From Chiloscyllium plagiosum (taxonomy: Eukaryota): a stretch of 48,759 bases of DNA. Position numbers and translations under genes: made by a program. The notes under the pieces are model-generated. The model saw nothing but the letters and a program-made list of their open reading frames with translations, was not told where the DNA came from and ran no database searches. Positions 1-12,769 of the stretch are shown here, in pieces. How positions within the stretch are numbered: the stretch's first letter is position 1; each line of letters begins with the position of its first letter. The DNA lies in assembly GCF_004010195.1 (NCBI RefSeq), contig NC_057754.1, positions 7,352,434-7,401,192 on the forward strand, written 5' to 3'.

Positions 1-423
1 GAGAGAGAAAGTGAGGGAGTGTGGGAGAGGGAGAAAGGCAGTGGGAATGAGGGAGTGAGAGAGAAAGTCAGGAAGAGAGAGTGAAAGAGAGAGAAAGGGA
101 TAGGGAGGTAAACAGGGTATCAGAGAGGGAGTGAATGGGTGAGAGAAAGAGAAATGGAGAGAGACAAAGGGACAAGGAGAGGTAATGAGGAAAGCAGAAG
201 TGAGGGAGAGGGAGTGTGGGAGTCAGAATGAGGGGGTAGAGAGAGGGAGTGTGTGTGGCAGACAGAGAGAATTAATTGTTGGTATGTAGGTGGAGCAGTG
301 AGGGAGGAGTGGACAGACCAAGGAGGGAGGAGAGAAAGAGATGGAGGCAGAGTGAGTGAATGAGGGAGGGAAGGTTTGAGGGAGAGGCACTGGGAGTGGG
401 AGATTGGAGGTAGTGAGGGTGTT
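1..423. repeat. Purine-rich (GA/GGA) low-complexity tract, intronic
   Basis: Almost entirely G/A dinucleotide-like sequence; similar CT-rich tracts at about 500-555 and 770-1070. Confidence 0.8.
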
Positions 424-559
424 TCAATGAGAGGGCAGTATTTCTGTTAGTGAGTGGAGAGCACTCTGGGAACTGTACCCTCTCTCTGCATGAAGTTCTC
501 CCTCTGCCTGAACCTCTCCTTCTCCCTCTCTCTCTCTCCCCTCTCTACCTCTTCTGCAG

Positions 560-744
560 CTTTCAACGTCACCATAAAGAGTGACCGAGCGGGGACGTGC
601 CTGGGATCCCAGTTGATTCACGCCTGTGTGGGTTACTGTGAATCCAGTGCGTTTCCCTCCAAGTCCTCTGTACTGCTGGCCAGTGAGTTCAAACACAACA
701 TCACCTCGGTGTCACAGTGCTGCACCATCAGCAAGATGCTAAAG
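560..744 (+). CDS. GPHA2: Glycoprotein hormone alpha-2 (thyrostimulin alpha), internal coding exon
   Basis: Polypyrimidine tract plus CAG acceptor (557-559) and GTCAGT donor at 745. Encodes (P)FNVTIKSDRAGTCLGSQLIHACVGYCESSAFPSKSSVLLASEFKHNITSVSQCCTISKMLK, matching the GPHA2 cystine-knot core (PFNVTVRSDRQGTCQGS..ACVGHCESSAFPS..HNITSVSQCCTIS) with both N-glycosylation sequons (NVT, NIT). Phase 1 start, phase 0 end. Confidence 0.95.
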
Positions 745-1070
745 GTCAGTGCATTAACACACTCTTCCAATCTCACTGTACCCTTCTCCTTCCTCTGTGA
801 CCTGTGATCTCTTACCCTCTCAATTTCTCTCTCTCCCTCTTCAGTGTTGTCTCACTTTCTCATTCCCTTCCTCCATATCCCTCTTCAGCCCACTCTCTCT
901 CTTTCTCTCCATCCCGCGTATCAGTCAATCTTTTTTTTTCTCACTCTCGTTTTCTCTCTCCTTCCCATTCTCTAACTGTACCTTTCCCTCCATCTCTTTC
1001 TGTATCCTTCTACCTCTCCTTTGTTATAAAGCAGAGATTGACACACCTCTCCCTCCCCCCTCCCCCCACC

Positions 1071-1857
1071 TGAGAAATAAGACCCTTTAATCGGTCAAAG
1101 TGGTGTGAGCTGCTTTTCAGCAACTTCTAGTGGTTAAAGAAAATAAATCCCTGGCACTTGCTTTAAAATCAACAAGTAATTTATTTATCAAACAGTGAAC
1201 AAATTAACTAGACTATTAACAAAGCAAATAAATCCCTTCTAACTACTAACAATTCCCGAATAAAGCAAGATTCCGATGGTGTGCTGTTCCAATAAATACG
1301 AGTCCCACTCGTATACGGGAAAACGAGAAATTTAGTCTCTCAAAATTGCAGCCAGATTATGCGTTTTCTGGAATGTTGTTGTGCCTTCTTCCATCAGGGA
1401 TGTTTTTTTTATTTCTGTAATTGGTAATGTTGTTATTTTGACGGAGCTTTCTCTAATTAATGGATGACTGTTAGATCCAATTTCTCTCAAGAGAAGTGAG
1501 GGTCATTCGCTCTAATGGTTGACAGCCTGTGCTGTCTGTATGTCCCCTTCTTTTATACCCTTGATGACATATAAATATTTCTTACATAGGATCGGTTCTC
1601 TGTTGTCAAACCCATCAGATATAAATTTAATAGGGTTTTCGGGTAGCTAAGTACCTGGTTCAAATTGATTGGCTAAACTCAAAAGTATGTTGTCTTGGTA
1701 AAAACTGATGCTTGGCCTGCTAACTGTACAGCCTTTCAATACAAACATTTCAGTTCCAGCTCTCTGGGTACTGGCAAATGTTTAAGCTGCTGCTCACAGG
1801 CATCCATTTTAATCTCTCAGCACAGAAAAAAGCACCATCTTTCAAAGGGACCACGCA
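1071..1857 (-). mobile_element. Putative LTR (3' LTR preceded by polypurine tract) in GPHA2 intron
   Basis: On the minus strand: G-rich purine tract (1862-1880), TG...CA ends, TATAAAA at about 1551-1557 and AATAAA at about 1180-1185 in U3-R-U5 order; AT-rich compared with the flanks. Confidence 0.5.
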
Positions 1858-1993
1858 ATGCTTCCCCCCGCTCCCCCCCCGGCCAACGTCCATGTATTTT
1901 ACAATTTTGCAAACACCAAATTCTAACTTCCTGCCTCCCAATCTACAATAACTCTACCCAACTTTACAACATACTCCCTCCCTCCCATATCTA

Positions 1994-2493
1994 NNNNNNN
2001 NNNNNNNNNNNNNNNNNNNNNNNNNNNNNNNNNNNNNNNNNNNNNNNNNNNNNNNNNNNNNNNNNNNNNNNNNNNNNNNNNNNNNNNNNNNNNNNNNNNN
2101 NNNNNNNNNNNNNNNNNNNNNNNNNNNNNNNNNNNNNNNNNNNNNNNNNNNNNNNNNNNNNNNNNNNNNNNNNNNNNNNNNNNNNNNNNNNNNNNNNNNN
2201 NNNNNNNNNNNNNNNNNNNNNNNNNNNNNNNNNNNNNNNNNNNNNNNNNNNNNNNNNNNNNNNNNNNNNNNNNNNNNNNNNNNNNNNNNNNNNNNNNNNN
2301 NNNNNNNNNNNNNNNNNNNNNNNNNNNNNNNNNNNNNNNNNNNNNNNNNNNNNNNNNNNNNNNNNNNNNNNNNNNNNNNNNNNNNNNNNNNNNNNNNNNN
2401 NNNNNNNNNNNNNNNNNNNNNNNNNNNNNNNNNNNNNNNNNNNNNNNNNNNNNNNNNNNNNNNNNNNNNNNNNNNNNNNNNNNNNNNNNNNNN
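1994..2493. other. Assembly gap, exactly 500 N
   Basis: Counted N run; a fixed round size is typical of scaffolding joins of unknown size and orientation. Confidence 0.95.
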
Positions 2494-4110
2494 TGCCTGA
2501 CTCTCTCTCCTCATAGCCCGATATCGGTCCCCAAACTAATCCCACTGCCCCACTCTCTCCCCATAGCCCTGTATCAATCCCAAACTAATCCTACTGCCCC
2601 ACTCTCTCCCCATAGCCTTCTATGAATCCCAAACTAATCCCACTGCCCCACTCTCTCCCCATAGCACTGTATCAATCCCAAACTAATCCAACTGCCCCAC
2701 TCTCTCCCCATAGCCCTGTATCAATCCCAAACTTATCCCACTGCCACTGTCTCCCCATTGCCCTGTATCAATCCCCAAACTAATCCCACTGCCCCACTCT
2801 CTCCCCATAGCCCTGTATCAATCCCAAACTAATCCCACTGCCCCACTCTCTCCCTATAGCCCTGTATCAATCCCAAACTAATCCCAATGCACCACCCTCT
2901 CCCCATAGCCCTGTATCAATCCTCAAACTAATCCCACTGTCCTGCTCTCCTCCCGTAGCCCTGTGTCAATCCCTAAACTAATCCCACTGCTCCAATCTCT
3001 CCTCATAGCCCTGTATCAATTCCCAAACTAATCCCACAGCCACACTCTCTCCATAGCCCTGTATCAATCCTAAACTAATCCCATTGTCCAACTTTCTACC
3101 CATAGCCCTGTATCAATCCCCAAACTAATTCTGCTAATTCCCATAGACCTGTACCTATCCCCAAACTAATCCCACTGTCCTGCACTCTCCTCACAGCCCT
3201 GTATCAATCCCCAAACTAATCCCACTGTTCCACTCTCTCCCCATAGCCCTGTATCAATCCCAAATTAATCCCATTGAGCCACATTCTCCCCACAGCCCTG
3301 TCTCAATCCCCAAACAAATCCCACTACCCCAATCTCTCCCCATAGCTCTGTAGGAATCCCAAACTAATCCCACTGCCCCTCACTCTCCCCATAGCCCTGT
3401 ATCAATCCCAAACTAATCCCACTGCCCCTCACTCTCTCCATAGCCCTGCATCAATCCCAAACTAATCCCACTGCCCCTCACTCTCCCCATAGACCTGTAT
3501 CAATCCCACTGCCCTGTTCTCTCCCCATAGCCCTGTATCAATCCTAAATTAATCCCAATGCCCCACTCTCTCCCCGTAGCCATGTATGATTTCCCAAACA
3601 AATCCCATTGCCCCAATCCCTATAGTCCTATATCAATCCCAAACTATTCCCACTGCCCCGCTCTCCCCATAGCCCTGTATCAATCCCCAAACTAATCCCA
3701 CGGCCTCACTCTCTCCGCATAGCCCTGTATCACTCCCCAAACTAATCCCACTGTCCCACTCTCACCCCATAGCCCTGTATCAATCCACAAACTAATCCCA
3801 CTGCCCCACTCTCTCCCCATAGCCCTGTATCAACCCCAAACTAATCCCATTGCCCTGTTCTCTCCCCATAGCCCTGTATCAATTTCACTCTCTCCCCATA
3901 GCCCTGTATCGATCCCCAAAGTAATCCCACTGCCCCACTCTTTCTCCATAGCCCTGTATCAATCCCCAAACTTATTCCACTGTTCCCACTCTCTCCCCAT
4001 AGTCCTGTATCAATCCCCAAACTAATCCCACAGCCCCACTCTCTCCCCATAGCCCTGTATTGATCTTCAAACTAATCCCACTGCCCCACTCTCTCCCCAG
4101 AGCCCTGTAC
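2494..4110. repeat. About 50-bp minisatellite (CCCCATAGCCCTGTATCAATCCCAAACTAATCCCACTGCCCCACTCTCT)n, about 30 copies
   Basis: Direct tandem units visible throughout; the array abuts the gap. Confidence 0.95.
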
Positions 4111-4559
4111 CCACCTGAAGCCTTCATGTCGTTTTTGCCAGCTAACTGAGTTGGTTCGTGATGCCAACGTGGTGGGTTGAATTCCTGCCCCGGCTGTGGT
4201 TACTGTGAAGGGTTCTGCACCTCTCCCTTCCCCTGAGCTGTGCTGGCTCTCAGCCTGAAGCGCCCCCAGTTGTCTGTCCCTGAGCTGAGAGGGCAGTCCT
4301 CTGATCTGGCAAAACTCTGGCGTCTTTCCCTTCAGCCGCGGTCGGAGCAAGTGGCCTCTTAACCGCCCTCAGGGATTTGGGTTACACCTCAACAGCAACA
4401 ATCGATCTCGAATCGCCCTCAAACGTGTGCGATAATCTCAGCGGGAGGAAGTCACCTCTCATTGTCCTCCCAGATGGATGTGAACCTCAGTCGAAACCAT
4501 TGATCTCGGGGTGTCGCCAACATTCTTTTCCTTTATCCCAGGTTGTTGTCAGCCTCTTA

Positions 4560-5003
4560 AGAGCAGGGTTGGGCAGTGGGCCATGGAGTGGGGTGGGGGG
4601 GCGTTAGGGCTGATTCCCTGCCAGTCTTCTGCGGTTACGTTAGGGCCCGGGTGTCTCTGGAGAAGGAGCTCGCGGTGTCCGCCAACACCCTGGAGTTGTT
4701 CAGGGAGAGGTGGGCGCCGCAGGGAGTGGAGCGCATTATACCCCCCTCCAACTCAGTTTTGATTTAATCCCTACCCTCCCCTTCCCTGTTTGGTCACACA
4801 GCTTTGATGTGAAGGGCACTGCTTGTCACTGGCCACTCGGGTGTTTCCTTTCTTCCTGGTGGTGGAATATAAATAAAGATTAACGCACTTGTATTTTTAC
4901 TCTGTCCGACAGTGCTGGGGTCAAATAAGCACTCCTGCTGCTGGATGATAGTATGGGGGAAAGAAAAGGCAATAAAAAGGAGAAAACTAGATTAAAAAAA
5001 AAC
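4560..5003 (+). mobile_element. Tx1/L1-group non-LTR retrotransposon, 5'-truncated 3' end
   Basis: ORF2 C-terminus-like GYVRARVSLEKE..FRERWAPQGV, a 3' UTR with AATAAA and an A-rich tail; close paralog at 45596-46041. Confidence 0.7.
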
Positions 5004-5136
5004 AACAGAGGGAGTCAGACACTCTGTTCACTCTGAGAGCTGTCCCTGAGGGAGCTGGATCAATGTGTGCAGGACTGTCCGTTCTGCACCACACAGTCAG
5101 TGCGCTTATTGGCTTTCCAACTGAGGAAGAGGGTAG

Positions 5137-6648
<1,512 letters not shown>

Positions 6649-8443
6649 ACTTTCACCTCCCGACTGTTGTCAACTGATCCGCATCACACCCATCCCTCAA
6701 AGGAAAAAAGTCCTTCGCCATCGACAAACTAATCCCGTCCTTTTCCCTCGACCGGTTCACGTCTCGCTACAGGAACAGCCAAAGGGGGTGAAACTGTCAA
6801 AACAAAACCAAAAACAAACTACGGTTTCTCACCGCCACTGGTGCCCCCTCCCCATACATATGTTCTCACTCTCCAAGATGGCGGCCGTTTTAGCTCAAGG
6901 GGAGCTCATGGTCAAGGGAAGGTTCCCCCCTGTCCCCATGCCCCCCTCCTGAAAAAGCCTCACAACTGAGTTCCAACTTCACTGAACCACTGGGCGTTGA
7001 GTCCTCTGGGAAGAGATTCCAGTGTCGGGGGGTAGAGAAAGAGGGATGGGAGCGGAGGGAGGGATGTGGAAAAAATGGAGTGGGGAGGGTGCAGTGTTGA
7101 GTTATCAGAAGGCCTCCTCTCTCTCCCGCTCCTTCCCTCCTTCACCTGGGGATCAAAGGCAAACCGGGTTCCAGTTCCCAGATAGACAAGGGCCTGGGGC
7201 AAATTGCACTTGGCCATTTGGTGGACCCCCCCCCACCCACTTCCTGCCGTATGCCCGGGTGACGCCATCTTGGAGGGCACGCCTCAGCCCCACTCTCCCC
7301 CACCTCAGTCCCTTGAGAGGTGCCTGTCCCGGCCTTACTCAACGGAGGGAGACTCCAGGAGAGAATTCCAAAGATTAACCACCCTCTTCCCCCAGCACGT
7401 CATTCCAAAACAATTAGCCCCTTGTCCTGAAACTGTGCCCCTCCTCTGCTCCGTGCTGGGGGACACGATGTCTTACCCTAATCGAAATGTTACACATTTC
7501 CATCTGACCACCTCCCATTCCTCCACACACACACACACATCCAGTCCGTTATGTACCCAGGGATCGCTCGGTTAAACTTCCATAAGGCAGTTGTGCCCTT
7601 CCTTAAATAAGGAGACGGGAACTGTGCACTTTCCACGGCCCTATGTGACAGTAGCGAATCTTCTCTAGTATTATGCGCGGATTATCCCGTCGTGACCGAA
7701 GGATAATGCTCGGTGTGGGTTCCCCACCTGCTTGCCGTGATCAAGCCTTAACACCGTGATGCGTGGTACGTGGGTGCCCAATTCCCGATTTTCCCATTTA
7801 CGGTCTGGTCTACTTTTCCGTTCCCCTCAGCCGCCCACTCACGGAACCCGCGGCTCCCCTCCCCCTCCTTGCTGCAGCCGCCATTTTGTTTTGTGGTGGT
7901 GGTGGTGGCGTCGTTGAGCCTGCCTGACCCATCAAGAGTTCCCCCTTCCCCGGGGGGATGTATTGACCAGTCCTTTGGTGGGTGGGGGGGGGGGTGGGGG
8001 GGGAATGGAATTTAACAGTGTAGATGTAAAGTCAGGACCAACTACCAACCTGTAAGGGTTGACCTGACATGTCCCTGTGAATATATCGTCCCCTCCTCCC
8101 ACCCCCCACCCCCGTCCCGTCCTGCGAACTCTTGGCTTTTCTCCATACACCGCATCCATCGGGTCCCCTTTATCAACCCTCAAACACACGGTTACCAGAT
8201 TCGGTCTGACGTGACCTTTCCTTCCAGGGATCTGTATCTGATCAGATTTACTTTGATTCCCCAGAATAATCGGACAATGTAAGTGTTTTACTCTTGACTG
8301 GGCTCTCCCTGAACTGCACACTGGCTACGGGTTAATCCTGATCAACATTTACTGTCACCAATGGATGGTCATTCTCTCTTCAGCGTGAACACACACACAC
8401 GCACACACACACACACACAGCCTGTTGCTTCCACCATGGTTAA

Positions 8444-8449
8444 AATAAA
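8444..8449 (+). terminator. Likely polyadenylation signal of TMEM151A
   Basis: First clear AATAAA after about 1.8 kb of mostly unique 3' UTR, followed by GT-rich sequence and then dense repeats. Confidence 0.5.
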
Positions 8450-8607
8450 TCATGAATATTTGGAGGTGTTTGTCTTGCTGTGACCTTGAAGATGTGCTGC
8501 TGAAGATGGATGTATACGAGCGATTAGGACTCCATTTTTTTCACCACGGTGGTAAATCCTACAGATATTCCACTGAGGGTGATGGTGAGGTAACTGGGCA
8601 GGCCAGT

Positions 8608-8870
8608 TATAGAACCCTTACAGTGTGGAAGCAAGCCATTCAGCCCACACCAACCCTCCATAGAGCGAGCTATTCGGATCCATCACCCCCCCACCCCCCA
8701 CCCTATTTTCCCTGGTCAACCCACCTATTCCTAGCCGCAATGGGGCAATTTAGCACATCCAATGTCACCCTGACCTGCGCGTCTTTGGGGGGAAACCAGA
8801 GAAACCGAGGGAAACCCCACGCAGACATGGAGGGGGGGGGGGGGGAGAAAGTGCAAACTCCACACAGACA
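8608..8870 (-). mobile_element. HE1-type V-SINE, degraded
   Basis: GGGCAATTTAGCA..GAAACCCCACGCAGACA..GTGCAAACTCCACACAGAC, the reverse complement of the HE1 core. Confidence 0.7.
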
Positions 8871-8874
8871 TCAT

Positions 8875-9420
8875 GGGATGTGGATGTTGCTAGCATTTGC
8901 TGTCCATTCCTAATTGTCCCTCTGTTGTGATGAGCCGCCATCTTGAACTGCTGCAGTCCGTAAGGTATGGGGGAAATCCCCCATCCCCTTGGGGAGGATA
9001 CTCCAGCAATGTTGAAGGAATGGCAATTTATTTCCAAGTCGGGACAGTGAGTGGCTTAGAGGCGAACTTGCAGGGTGGGTGGTGTTCCCATGTACCTGAT
9101 GCCCTTGTCCTTCTAGATGGAAGCACTACTGGGTTTGGAAGCTGCTGCCTCAGGACCTTCGGTGAATTTCTGCCGGGCATCTTGTAGATGGTACACACTG
9201 AGCGTCGATGGTGAAGGGAGTGGGTGTGGTGCCAATCAGGCTGGGGGAGCTTCTTGAGCGTTGTTGGAGCTGCCCACCCCCTCCAGGGGTATGTGAGGAG
9301 GATTCCCTCACCCTCCTGACTTGTGGCCTGTAGATGGTGGACAGTCTTCGGAGAGTTGAGGGGGTGGGGGGGAGTTACTTGCTGCACGGTTCGCAGCCTC
9401 TTGCAGCCACTGTGTTTATA
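8875..9420 (-). mobile_element. CR1/L2-group LINE 3' end
   Basis: Minus-strand translation AAPTTLKKL..HSLHHRR..CTIYKM; same family as 11335-11925. Confidence 0.7.
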
Positions 9421-9489
9421 TTGGAGAGTATCAAAAGTACACTAAAGCATTTAATATCGTGAAGGGCAGAAAGTATGTCTAAGGCAGTG

Positions 9490-10180
9490 ACTCTGACACC
9501 ACCATCCGTCCCTGGATATATCGTGCCCCACCAGCTTAGTTGGGAGGGATTTGCTCTGAGAGTCCTTCATGTTGACTCTGGACCTCAGGAAGTCTTGGAG
9601 GGTCAGTTTAAACATGGGCAAGGGACCCCATGTAACCTCTTCCCTCGGCTGATGCATTGGTACTGCCCCATATTGAACAACAGTTGGAAGAAGTACTGGG
9701 GATGGCAAAATGTACTCTGGGTGAGGGATATCAATGCCCCCATGAGTGGCTCAGCTACAGCACGACTGATTGAGCTGTTCAGGTTCTGAAGGGTGTAGCT
9801 GCTAGACTGGGTCTGCGGCAGATGGTGAGGGAGAGGGAACAAGAGGGAAAAACATACTTGACCCTCACCCTTACCAATCTCCCGGCTGCAGACACATCTG
9901 TCCGCGACAGTATCGGTAAGAGGGACCACCGCCCAGTTCTTGTAGAGACGTGATCACATTGAGAATACCCTCCATTCACTGTCACCATGCTAAATGGGAC
10001 AGACTTCGAGTAGATCTAGTTACTCAAGGCTGGGCATCCATGAGGTGCGGTGGGCTATCAGCAGCACAATCTGGAACCACTCACCCATGACCACCCAGTC
10101 AGGGGATCAACCCTGGTTCAATGGAGATGGGGGGGGGGCATGCCAGGAACAGCACCAGGCTGACCTGAAGGTGGGTGTCA
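9490..10180 (+). mobile_element. Degraded LINE endonuclease-region fragment
   Basis: PGY..DSGPQEV..KHGQG..QNVLWVRDIN (GDFN-like) APE endonuclease remnants with frameshifts. Confidence 0.55.
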
Positions 10181-10225
10181 GTCAGGAGAAGGAGAAAGTG
10201 GGGACTGCAGATGCTGAAGATCAGA

Positions 10226-10405
10226 GTCAAGAGAGTGTGTGGCGCTGGAAAAGCACAGCCGTTCGGTCAGCATCTGAGGAGCAGGAGAGTCAACGTTCCG
10301 CGTTATAAGCCCTTTGGGGATGGGCTGATACCTGAAACGCTGATTCTCCTGCTCCTTGGATGCTGCCTGACCTGCTGTGTTTTTCCAGCAACACACACTC
10401 TCGAC
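10226..10405. repeat. Inverted repeat built from Penelope-type terminal sequence
   Basis: Arm 10226-10312 is the imperfect reverse complement of arm 10322-10405; the same sequence terminates the Penelope copies at 31751 and 44620-44710. Confidence 0.75.
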
Positions 10406-10568
10406 ATCAATCACGTGAAGCTCCATAACTGTTACCTCCAGGACGCCAATAACAGGACGGTTCAATGATGGTAACACCAATAAATGTCAGGAGGCAGCGG
10501 CTATATGATCTCTGGTTAGAGATGGTCATTTCTTGAGACTGGTGTGGCATAAACGATACTTGCCACTT

Positions 10569-10864
10569 GGGCTCAGTGGTTAGCACTGCTGCCTCACGGC
10601 GCCAGGGACCCAGGATCGATTCCAGCCTCCGACAACTGTCTGTGTGGAGTTTGCACATTCTCGCACCCCCCCCCCCCCCCACCGTGTCTGCGTGGGATTC
10701 CTCCGGCAGTCCAAAGACGTGTGGGTTACGGTGAATTGGCCAAGCTAAATTGCCCCGTAGTGTTAGGAGACGGGGAATGGGGCTGGGTGTTTTGCTCTTC
10801 GGCGGGTCGGTGTGGACTTGTTGGGCCGAAGGGCCTGTTTCCACACTGGAGGGAATCTGATCTA
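10569..10864 (+). mobile_element. HE1-type V-SINE
   Basis: tRNA-like head GGCTCAGTGGTTAGCACTGCTGCC..GATCGATTCC, V-domain GTGGAGTTTGCACATTCTC and tail GGGCCGAAGGGCCTGTTTCC. Confidence 0.85.
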
Positions 10865-11003
10865 AAGTTCCGGAATTTATATATTGATGAACTGAAACCT
10901 GCAACCCATTCTAAAAGATGAAGGACTCAGCAGCGGTCCAGGTTTGTTCCAAATATTGCATCGGTTGCATGACACTGTCATGTTTTGCTATTAATTCTGT
11001 GTC

Positions 11004-11071
11004 NNNNNNNNNNNNNNNNNNNNNNNNNNNNNNNNNNNNNNNNNNNNNNNNNNNNNNNNNNNNNNNNNNNN
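11004..11071. other. Assembly gap (68 N)
   Basis: Counted N run. Confidence 0.95.
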
Positions 11072-11292
11072 AAATTGTCCCATAGTGTCCAGGGATGTGC
11101 AGGTTAGGGTGGATTGGCCATGCTAAATTGTCCCATAGTGCCCAGGGATGTGCAGGTTAGGGTGGATTGGCCGTGGGAAACACAGGGTTACAGGGATAGG
11201 GAAGGGGGTTTGTTTCTGGGTGGGATTTTATTTGGAGGGTCGGTGTGGACTCGATGGACCAAATGGCCTGCTCCCACACTGTTGGGATTTTC
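11072..11292 (+). mobile_element. HE1-type SINE 3' half with internal tandem duplication
   Basis: AAATTGTCCCATAGTG.CCAGGGATGTGCAGGTTAGGGTGGATTGGCC occurs twice, followed by the SINE tail. Confidence 0.7.
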
Positions 11293-11334
11293 TTGGTTCT
11301 TATCATTGAGTTGAAACTGGACTCGCCATATAAG

Positions 11335-11925
11335 TACTGTCTCTCCAAGAGTAGGTCAAAGGCTGGGAATCCTGCAGCGAGTGACTCCCCTCCTGACTCC
11401 CCCAAAGCCTGTCCACCATCGACAAGGCACGAGTCAGGAGGGTGAGGGAGTACTCCCCACTTGCCCCTGGATGCGGGGGGGGGTGCAGTTCCAACAACAC
11501 TCAAGAAGCTCGACACCATCCAGGGACAAAGCAGCTCCCACTTGATTGACAGCACACCCACTCCCTCCACCCCCGACGCTCAGGAGCAGCAGTGTGTACC
11601 ATCTACAAGATACACTGCAGAAATTAACCAGAGATCCTCAGACAGCACCTTCCCGACCCACGACCACTTCCATCGAGAAGGACAAGGACAGCAGATACAT
11701 GGGAATACCAGCCCGTTGCAAGTTCCCCTCCAAGCCACTCCCCATACCGACTTGGAAGTAATACGGCCGTTCCTTCAGTGTCGCTGGGTCAGAATCCTGG
11801 AACTCCCTCCCCCAGGGCATTGTGGGTCTAACCCACAGCACACGGACTGCAGCGGTTCAAGATGGCGGCTCACCCCCATCTTCTCAAGGGGCAACTGGGG
11901 ACGGGCAATAAAAGCACAATGTCCC
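11335..11925 (+). mobile_element. CR1/L2-group LINE 3' end
   Basis: EYSPLA..PTTLKKLDTIQ..AVCTIYK ORF2 C-terminal remnants, then a 3' UTR ending GGGCAATAAA. Confidence 0.75.
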
Positions 11926-12439
11926 TCGAACAAATGATATAACATGCCGATTTCGTCTTGTAAAGTGTCAGAAGCCTGGACGAGGTTGGAGAGGAAAGCG
12001 CAGAAGTTTTAGAAATGTGCGGTGAATCTGTGTGAAGGTTGTGGAAGTGGCTGGGTGGAGGAACAGGGTATGATTTCAGCCCCGGGTTCATGATGGAGGT
12101 TTAAATATGAGCCAGGAGGTTGTGGGGGTGGGGATGGTTGCTCTGGAGAAAGTGGTTGTCCTTGTGGGACAGGCACAGGCAAAGTCGGAAGGAGTTTGAA
12201 AACAGTGATGGGGCGAACACTGATGCAATTGGCTGGTATATCCCATGAAAATATTCCCCATGCTGCAGAGGAAATATCCACAGATTTCAATCGGGTCACC
12301 GATGTGTTACATTTTCTGGAAATTCCCCCATTCTTGACATGGAGAATGGTTTATAGGAGGAGATTGTGCCTCTGTCGGTGGATACGGTAGCCCAGGGGTA
12401 AGCCAATGAGCAGCAGGGTCACCACACATAATGGGAGCA

Positions 12440-12526
12440 TGATACCGCACTTAGGTGGTAGTGTGGGGGTTAAATTAAAAAAGAAAAAAAAAGAGAAAAA
12501 AAAGAAAAGAAAAAAAAAGGAAAAAA
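12440..12526 (+). mobile_element. Very short poly(A)-tailed retro-insertion (Tx1-like 3' tip) with 10-bp TSD
   Basis: AATGGGAGCA at 12430-12439 and 12527-12536 flanks TAGGTGGTAGTGTGGGGG plus an A-rich tail that resembles the Tx1 tail at 45962-46040. Confidence 0.75.
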
Positions 12527-12769
12527 AATGGGAGCACAATTCACACAGCGGGTCAATGAAAACGTGGATAGTTTGTCACCCACTGCTCCATTCGTCAGTC
12601 ATCAAGGTTATAGCACAATCAGCTTCCTGAGAGAGAGAGAGAGAGTGTGTGTGTGTGTGTCAGAGAATGATTGAAGGTTTGAGTGTGAGAGGGGGAAAGG
12701 AAGTGAGAGAGAATGGGTGAGACGGTGTGAGTAAGAAAGAGTGGACAGTTTATTATGGGCTGCTAATTC

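Noticed and set aside
454..807. 117-aa ORF as a complete secreted protein
   Set aside because: The apparent signal-like N-terminus is the translated polypyrimidine tract and the tail is intron; only 560-744 is exon.
1695..2545. ORFs crossing N gaps (also 16444-17317)
   Set aside because: Open only because N codons contain no stops.
8971..8980. Perfect kappaB site GGGAAATCCC
   Set aside because: Inside a LINE remnant and far from the IkB promoter; I saw no convincing kappaB site just upstream of 48334.
9451..9708. Minus ORF ending ...CPSRY* as the missing GPHA2 last exon
   Set aside because: Lacks the CQCDMCR cysteine pattern and lies mostly antisense to a LINE fragment.
12351..12445. Hydrophobic LPLCVVTLLLIGLPLG as a transmembrane exon
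   Set aside because: Bounded by stops and a retro-insertion; better explained as frameshifted pseudogene sequence or chance.
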